45,920 nucleotides of DNA, from contig NC_068999.1 in the NCBI RefSeq assembly GCF_001194135.2, positions 34,975,659-35,021,578 on the forward strand. The letters are read 5' to 3'. How positions within the stretch are numbered: the first letter of the stretch is position 1; the number at the start of each line of letters is the position of its first letter. The translations under genes and the position numbers were made by a program. The notes under the pieces were generated by a model. That model was given only the letters and a program-made list of their open reading frames with translations. It made no database searches and had not been told where the DNA came from. Positions 38,534-45,920 of the stretch are shown in pieces. The DNA is from Octopus bimaculoides. Its lineage: Eukaryota.

Positions 38534-38848
38534 GATATATACGAATGTATGTATACATGTATATATATATAAGTATACATATGCATGTATGCATGCAGCC
38601 AGACACGAAAACACACACACACAGGTTGATAGATGTGTCCCCAGTGTTACCCACCTCCAGCTGACTTTCCCCACTTTTCCTCCAGTCGATAATATGACGT
38701 CACAGTATTACACTAAACATCTGTCTATCACATCTAGTCAACTGCATCTTGATTGTGTCATCATTGGTTCTGTAGTCATCATGTTGCACTGACGATGCAC
38801 CCCAAACGCCATCGACCCGCCCACACGGCTTACTTAGTCACCGTTTTC

Positions 38849-39048
38849 AACAACACCAACACCACCACCACCACCACCACCACCACCACAACCACCACCA
38901 CCACCACCACCACCACCACAACTACTATCATCAGTGCCGCCACNNNNNNNNNNAACAACACCAACACCACCACCACCACCACCACCACCACCACAACCAC
39001 CACCACCACCACCACCACCACCACAACTACTATCATCAGTGCCGCCAC
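38849..39048. repeat. Identical 95-bp (CAC)n-rich duplication across a 10-N gap
   Basis: 38849-38943 equals 38954-39048, which suggests overlapping contig ends. It is followed by degenerate CAC/CAT low-complexity sequence to about 39600. Confidence 0.85.
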
Positions 39049-39962
39049 CACCGCCCTCGCCCCCATCGCCTATGGTGAAAATAGTAACGACAAACAGATA
39101 TATATATACCCAACCGCTATGTTCCCCCATCACCTTAACTAATAACAATGCACCCCACCAATACTAATATTAGCGCATCACCGCTAGCACTACCTCCCAC
39201 ACCTCACCTCCACTACGAATGCTAGTCTCGACATCTCACCTCTACCATCGCCACTACCACCAACATCGCCACCACCAACATTAGTTAGCACCGATGCGTA
39301 CTATCGCGACTACCACCATCAATACAAGCAGCAAGACCTCATCTCTACCACCAACACTATCGCCGCCAACAGCTAGGACTAACACCTTACTAATACCACA
39401 ACTGCTACCATCACCACCACAACCACCGTCGCCACCGTCACCGCCACTGTCGCAGCCACCATATCACCACAAATTATCACAACCACTATCATCACCATCG
39501 TTATCACCATTACTACCACCATTACCACCGCCACTATCACCAACATTACAACCACAGCCACTGTCGCATCCATAACTACCACCACCACTACAACCCTCAA
39601 AGAACGATCCAACTAAAGTGACGCTATATGGTCACACCAGTGGCTCGAAATAGCAACTAAATCTTCAAATCGCACACTCCGCAGATTTAATACAAGCAAT
39701 TGTGCTTAGTTTTCCCCTTATTTTGTTCTACCTGTTTTACTTAACTATTGCATTCTATGCTGATGGAGTTCTTAAGCGGTCCCTTCATTTATTGCAGCAA
39801 GCTTCCATACCAACTCACAGCCATCTCTTCTACATCTACGCAGTGATATTATGTCACTGAATCTGGCAAGTACTAGTAAGATGTAAACTTCAATGATGAG
39901 GACTAATAAGACGAAAATATGTACAAAGTTATCACTAAACTTTCCAAAGAACAGATTTATTG

Positions 39963-40146
39963 AATATTGGTTTCAAATTGTGGCACAAGGCCAGTAGTTT
40001 CGGGAGAGCTCGGCTGGTACTTAATTTATCGACCCCGAAAGGATGAAAGGCAAGTCGACCTCGGCGGAATTTGAACTCAGAACGTAAGGATGGATGAAAT
40101 GCCGTTGGGTATTTTGCCCGGCCTGCAAACGATTCTGTTGGCTCGA
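39963..40146 (-). mobile_element. SINE family B, tail type 2, internally deleted
   Basis: tttcaaattgtggcacaaggcc (tail) joined to tggtacttaatttatcgaccccgaaaggatgaaaggc.aagtcgacctcggcggaatttgaactcagaacg (core and head). Confidence 0.88.
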
Positions 40147-40870
40147 TACCTTAGATGAACTAAATATAAGCCATTGAGATAATGCTTTAATATCCTTACA
40201 GCATGGCCCTCCGTCTAATAAGTAGGGATAAAGGACCAGGTTATTCGCATCATTAGAGCACCACTGTCTGTAGCTGTATAGTTCGATGCTATTTCTTGAG
40301 TATAGAGTGTTTGATAGAACCCGGGCTCGGCTTGTATAGAGAACAGGTTGTTGATCAAGAAGCATGAACTAAAATTTGTGTACAGCGTCGTCACAGGAAT
40401 TGCCTGAACGAAGCAGAGCCAACGTCGAACTTCCACAAGAGCTCCGACACCAAATTTCACCTCAAGTTTACCCCCGCAGCCTTTTCCACGGACGAGTATG
40501 GCCGCAAAGCAGCAAAGTTTTAGTACCTGGGATTTCAGTCCCCTAGATGAGTTAGCTCCACCCCAGCCTAAAGAGCTCCATCTGCCTAAATGACTTGTTA
40601 ATTAAACCCAGAACTGGGGACCTGACAGGTGCTACTGCTCTAGGTCACAAACTTAGGAACAATAGGGGCTATGAGGTGGTTCCACACTCTTCAAAACCTT
40701 GGAACTGCCGAACCAGAATATCACTACTGGACGCAGTTTCAGTTTATTCCCAGAACACTGCCGGATATTTCAAATTTTTATTTATCAAAGTTTGAGAACC
40801 ATCACCCGAACTCTTTTCTCTCGACCAAGATTCATTCTACAAAAAAGCAAAAAAAAGAACCAAAAAGAAA

Positions 40871-41194
40871 CTGGCACTCTGTTAGTTACGACACCGAGGG
40901 TTTCAGTTAATCCGATCAACAGAATAGCCTGCTCGTGAGATTAACGTGCAAGTGGTTGAGCACTCCACAGACACACGTACCCTTACGTAGTTCTCAGGGA
41001 CATTCAGCATGACACTGAATGGGACAATGCTGACATTTTAAAATACCGGTACGACTCATTTTTACTAGCTGAGCGAACACGAACAACACGAAGTAAAGTC
41101 ATCTGGTTAAGGAGTCAATGTGCCGACAGGAATCGAACTCACAATTTGCGATCGTGAGCTGAGTACTCCTAACCACTAAGCCACGCGCCTTCAC
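40871..41194 (-). mobile_element. SINE family C (tRNA-derived), near full length
   Basis: Reverse-complement head gtgaaggcgcgTGGCTTAGTGGttagg...gaGTTCGATTCC carries a canonical A box and B box. The roughly 250-bp body matches an octopus repeat as I recall it. Confidence 0.8.
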
Positions 41195-41315
41195 TATAGG
41201 ATTCACTAACATCAGTCATTTAATCTGTTTTCCTCTCATCATTAACGTCACGATTATCAACAGTACTAGTACGAACAACAACACCACGAACTCTATCGCT
41301 TGTCCTGCTGATCAT

Positions 41316-41475
41316 AGCAACTAAATACCTCTCAAAAATCACACACTAAATATCGGAACAAACATTTCATTGCCTGAAAAGATTTTTTAAAAAGTCAGAT
41401 GACATGGTCACGGCTGGAATGCTTTTCGTAATAAGCCTGAAGGATCAAGGCTGACCTAGGACTAAACAGCAACAC
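41316..41475 (+). repeat. 3' part of another interspersed repeat, with a related fragment at about 39640-39685
   Basis: atagcaactaaat..ctcaaa.atc.cacact is shared between 39649 and 41317. It ends gctgacctaggactaaacagcaac. Confidence 0.5.
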
Positions 41476-41500
41476 CCTTGTCACATCATATTGCGATGCT

Positions 41501-41602
41501 TTCTTCTTCTTCTTCTTCTTCTTCTTCTTCTTCTTCTTCTTCTTCTTCTTCTTCTTCTTCTTCTTCTTCTTCTTCTTCTTCTTCTTCTTCTTCTTCTTCT
41601 TC
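41501..41602. repeat. (TTC)n microsatellite, about 34 units
   Basis: Direct reading of the sequence. Confidence 0.97.
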
Positions 41603-42796
41603 AACCACTTCCATTTCTGTTGCTGCTGTTGCAGCTACTACTACTACTAAATTTTGCACCGAGTTGAACAGAAGGAATCCTGACTCATTCTCCCCCTCCA
41701 TACCACCTCAACTCCCCTTCCACACCAGGTGAATTTCTGTCCTACGAAGCTACGGGCTTAACTATATTCAGCTCTGCCACAACATACAACGCAGCAGCAA
41801 CAAAAAACATCTGTAGAAGCGTTCCAACCACATGCCAGCTTGCACACATACATACATACATATATACATATACATGTATATATATATATATATATNNNNN
41901 NNNNNNNNNNNNNNNNNNNNNNNNNNNNNNNNNNNNNNNNNNNNNNNNNNNNNNNNNNNNNNNNNNNNNNNNNNNNNNNNNNNNNNNNNNNNNNNNNNNN
42001 NNNNNNNNNNNNNNNNNNNNNNNNNNNNNNNNNNNNNNNNNNNNNNNNNNNNNNNNNNNNNNNNNNNNNNNNNNNNNNNNNNNNNNNNNNNNNNNNNNNN
42101 NNNNNNNNNNNNNNNNNNNNNNNNNNNNNNNNNNNNNNNNNNNNNNNNNNNNNNNNNNNNNNNNNNNNNNNNNNNNNNNNNNNNNNNNNNNNNNNNNNNN
42201 NNNNNNNNNNNNNNNNNNNNNNNNNNNNNNNNNNNNNNNNNNNNNNNNNNNNNNNNNNNNNNNNNNNNNNNNNNNNNNNNNNNNNNNNNNNNNNNNNNNN
42301 NNNNNNNNNNNNNNNNNNNNNNNNNNNNNNNNNNNNNNNNNNNNNNNNNNNNNNNNNNNNNNNNNNNNNNNNNNNNNNNNNNNNNNNNNNNNNNNNNNNN
42401 NNNNNNNNNNNNNNNNNNNNNNNNNNNNNNNNNNNNNNNNNNNNNNNNNNNNNNNNNNNNNNNNNNNNNNNNNNNNNNNNNNNNNNNNNNNNNNNNNNNN
42501 NNNNNNNNNNNNNNNNNNNNNNNNNNNNNNNNNNNNNNNNNNNNNNNNNNNNNNNNNNNNNNNNNNNNNNNNNNNNNNNNNNNNNNNNNNNNNNNNNNNN
42601 NNNNNNNNNNNNNNNNNNNNNNNNNNNNNNNNNNNNNNNNNNNNNNNNNNNNNNNNNNNNNNNNNNNNNNNNNNNNNNNNNNNNNNNNNNNNNNNNNNNN
42701 NNNNNTATATAAATATGTACACACACACATACACACATAAATATAGACTCCCACACATATACACATATATACTTCGACTTCGAAAGGACTATCAGA

Positions 42797-43013
42797 AACA
42801 TTAATTTCAAATTTTGGCACAATACCAGCAATTTTAAGGGCGGGGTTAAGTCGATTACATCGACTCCAGTACTCAAATGGTGCTTATTTTATCGATCCTT
42901 AAAGGATGAAAGGTAAAGTCGACCTCGGCGAAATTTGAACTCAAAACATTAAGTTGGAACAAATGTCACCAAGCATTTTGCTCGGTGCACCAACGATTCT
43001 GCCAAGCAGGCCG
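42797..43013 (-). mobile_element. SINE family B, tail type 2, full length
   Basis: atttcaaattttggcacaataccagcaatttt (tail), aagtcgattacatcgac, ggatgaaaggtaaagtcgacctcggcgaaatttgaactc and aacgattctgccaagc (head). Confidence 0.9.
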
Positions 43014-43019
43014 TTCAAA

Positions 43020-44330
43020 TTCCACAAATATTGTTGTCAACTTCCGTAATATACTAGTTGCAAAGTTTGTACTTGACGATAGCCGCATGTTTCACTGTTT
43101 TATGTCTATAGTTGTTTGTGGATTCACCTTGGTCTTATGAAACTACAATCAAACTTTCTGTATCTGCTCTTAGTGCTCAATTTTTCTTTGTTGACTTTCG
43201 CCCTGGCTTGCTTCCTCTTAATCAAGTCATGTGGAATATTGGTCATGGTGTGATTTTTCTTTCTGTTTTCCTTTAATAAATTATAGAATTCTCGCTTTGA
43301 CTTTGTATTGCTTCTTTGAAATAGTTTGTCCTTATCTTGATGCTTTTCTTCAGTGCATCTAGTTTCCATTTCATAATTCTATAATCATTTGCATACAGAG
43401 AGAACCATTTTCTTTATGTTTCCGTATTACAAAACCCATTTTCTTTTTGCCTTCTTAATATTTTTCTAAACTGACTCTTGTTATCTTGTGGTTGTTTTCT
43501 ATTTTTTCAGACCCCGCTCTCCTTAGATGGGAATAATAGGTACTTTCTACATATTGCTAATTTAGGTAAGATGGCTTCGGATCGTTGTTAAAGTTTGCCA
43601 GCTTTTGTTTTTAAAATCTGTTTTCACTTATTCAAACTTCAATTTTATGTTGAATCTGTTGTTTAAACCTAGAGAATATATTTCTACTAACTTTTATTTC
43701 TATAACTTTTATTTCTGATCTGTCAGTAATAATATTACCTAATATTCTCCGTGAGTTTCGTGTGTTGTATTTTATCAGTTTCATCAAATCATAAGTATTT
43801 GTATGGGTACTTTAACTCTAATTCTTTTTATGCAAGCTTTATGCCTAATTTAATATTCTCAGATTTAGTTAAATTTCCTCTTCTCATACTGACTTTGGCA
43901 CATTTGTCTAATCCTGTATAGGTCTTTATGTCGTGACTGGATTTATAAACAATTTTAGCAGGTTTCCCAGCTCCATGGAACCCCTTATAAATATTTTCAA
44001 ATCTTCCAACAAAGACGTTTCTAGTTTGCTCGTAGCATCTTTACTCACTGATGATTTTGTTCAAATGGATTGTAAAGGGGATTTGAGCTAAAAATGAATA
44101 CAGTGATAATAAGTTATCCTGGAAGATTCTCCTTCTTAAGGGATACCGATTGTTTTAATTATCTTTCATTTACTTTGTATTTATATATTTACTTTCTATT
44201 TTGGCATGGCTTGACCAAGATATTTCCTTATTATTAGACGCGCTTTAATCAGGTAGGATATCTCCTCTGTGGAATACTGCCAAAATACTTAACGATAACA
44301 AATTCCGGCCAAAATCTTTACCAGTAGCAT
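43020..44330 (-). mobile_element. Heavily decayed R4/Dong-like non-LTR retrotransposon (RT through thumb region)
   Basis: Minus-strand remnants: YFGSIP (compare AFDSIPH), RRIFQDNLLSL (RGIFQGDSLSPL), LEDLKIF (MDDLKLY), GLDKCAKVSMRRG, YKYL, and DTESLIV..*DQ (ETEG.I.AAQDQ). Many stops. Confidence 0.8.
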
Positions 44331-44409
44331 TTATAGAAATATATTCCGTTTCTGCACTCTTTATGTTCTTGTAACGTATTATTGCTCTTCAGGTAAGTAA
44401 CCGACATGT

Positions 44410-44867
44410 CCGGTAAATTCACCGTCATCAGTTCAGCGCAGGTGAAGTTCACTGGAAGGAATGTTCACTGCGAGGAAAGTTCAGCGCAAGGAAAGTTTAT
44501 GGAGAGATAAGTTCACAGTAAAAAAATGAAAGGAACCTTATTTTCGAACTCTAATGTGTTTCCTTACCGGATTGGAAACTTCACAGATAAAAAGTTTAAA
44601 AACCCTTATCACCAATTTATTCAAAAATCAAATGGGTTTAATCAATCAATTTGACGAAGAAAATTTAAATGATTAATGAGTTTAATCAAATCAGTAAACC
44701 AGATTTCTAATCAGTGATGTTAAGAGCTCTTCCACGCAAATAACCACGGATGTAATTATCTTCATTATAACTTTGAAAGAGTCTTTGAATTCGAGCAGCA
44801 CATTCTTCACGGTGAATTGATGGCGGTGAACTCTCCTGCAATGAATTGATTGCATTGAACTTACCTG
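44410..44867. mobile_element. MITE-like element with imperfect, internally repetitive terminal inverted repeats
   Basis: Left end cggtaaattcaccgtcatcagttcagcgcaggtgaagttcactg aligns with the reverse complement of the right end, caggtaagttcaatgcaatcaattcattgcaggagagttcaccg. No ORF and no clear target-site duplication. Confidence 0.6.
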
Positions 44868-45082
44868 TAATCAGTAACGGGCGTAACCGTAAGAGCTTTG
44901 TATAGATATTCCAAACAAGCAGTTAGAGACATCTAATTTTGGAGGGTTCTTAAATTTTTGCTGGGGACAATTACTGTTGCTTTCTCCTCAAACGTCGAAC
45001 GACATGTCGGTTCTGGACTGCTTGCTACGTGACTGATTACCGCGATATGCATATGACGATTGACCATTGTCACTCACCAGCA

Positions 45083-45205
45083 CTTTCATCCTGTTTCTAG
45101 TTCTCAATGCTTTGCAGAATTTGTACCAGATACAGGGGTCGACTTAATAGATCAAATCTTCTTCCGCAATATCAGGTCTTGTGCCTATATCAGAAATAAT
45201 TATTG
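45083..45205 (+). mobile_element. SINE B 3' fragment (tail type 3)
   Basis: actttcatcct...gtaccag...ggggtcgacttaatag...caggtcttgtgcctatatcagaaataattatt. Confidence 0.65.
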
Positions 45206-45213
45206 TTTTTGTT

Positions 45214-45280
<67 letters not shown>

Positions 45281-45561
45281 CAGCAGCAGCAGGAGCAGCA
45301 ACAGATTTGATAAATAATAGTGGTAGAGTTGGTCATAATGATAATGATGATGATGATATGATGACAGTGATGGAGGCACATCTCATAATGTTATTAAAAT
45401 ATAAATAATAATAACAATACAACATCATTAATAAATAATTGATTTGGTTATTTTTGCCGCGGTTAATATTGTCGTTAATATAGGTGATAGAAAAGATATC
45501 TTGTTGTTGTTGCAGTTGTTACTGGTTTTGTAGTTGCTGTTGTTGTTGATGATGACCATGG

Positions 45562-45593
<32 letters not shown>

Positions 45594-45821
45594 GTTGTGG
45601 TTGTCGTGGTGGTGGTGGTAGTGGTGGTCATCGTCGTCGTCGTGGTAGCTGTGGTCGTGCTGGTGGTGTTGGTGGCGGCGGTTGTGGTGGTGGTGATGGT
45701 GACTGCTCGGTCGTATTAATAATGACGATTACGTTTGCATTTCTGCTTTCTTATTGATATATTCTTTTAATGGATTCTGCCGTTGAACTTAGGCTTTGCC
45801 AGGTAGTGTTGCCTCTTCATT

Positions 45822-45822
45822 G

Positions 45823-45920
<98 letters not shown>
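45822..45920. repeat. (TCA)n microsatellite running off the window end; compound GCA/GTA/GAT/GTG tracts at 45225-45715
   Basis: Direct reading of the sequence. Confidence 0.95.

Noticed and set aside
39100-39610. Pro/Thr/Ser-rich ORF suggesting a mucin or extensin
   Set aside because: It is degenerate CAC/CAT/ACC trinucleotide sequence with no start or splice context.
40150-40790. Possible RTE-like retroelement remnants
   Set aside because: Only vague resemblance to recalled repeat sequence and no translatable motif, so it cannot be called.
41672-41728. 57-nt symmetric open segment EGILTHSPPPYHLNSPSTPG before gtgaat
   Set aside because: The acceptor lacks a pyrimidine tract and there is no supporting neighbouring exon.
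44395-44431. Minus-strand CTGATGA-CGGT(gaattt)ACCG-GACA-TGTC hammerhead look-alike
   Set aside because: GACA replaces GAAA, there is no stem I pairing, and the sequence is explained by the MITE-like terminal repeat.

Overview
This is an AT-rich eukaryotic draft-assembly window with 18 N-gaps (about 6.0 kb, 13%). It is packed with microsatellites and interspersed repeats, and the repeat content points to a cephalopod, probably Octopus (inference from recalled repeat consensus, not a database search). I find no supportable protein-coding gene, rRNA, functional tRNA or CRISPR array; almost all supplied ORFs are microsatellite or gap artefacts. Recognisable content: two decayed mariner (DD34D) transposons; three decayed minus-strand R4/Dong-like non-LTR retrotransposon fragments; many copies of three tRNA-derived SINE families (labelled A, B and C here); a tRNA-Gly-derived pseudogene; Penelope-like or retrozyme-like remnants, one with a minimal hammerhead-ribozyme core; a MITE-like element; and a degenerate 17-20 bp minisatellite. 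The most interesting leads are the hammerhead-like motifs, a repeat present in two circularly permuted copies, and a near-perfect 162-bp inverted SINE pair sharing a palindromic end. None amounts to a demonstrated new biological system.
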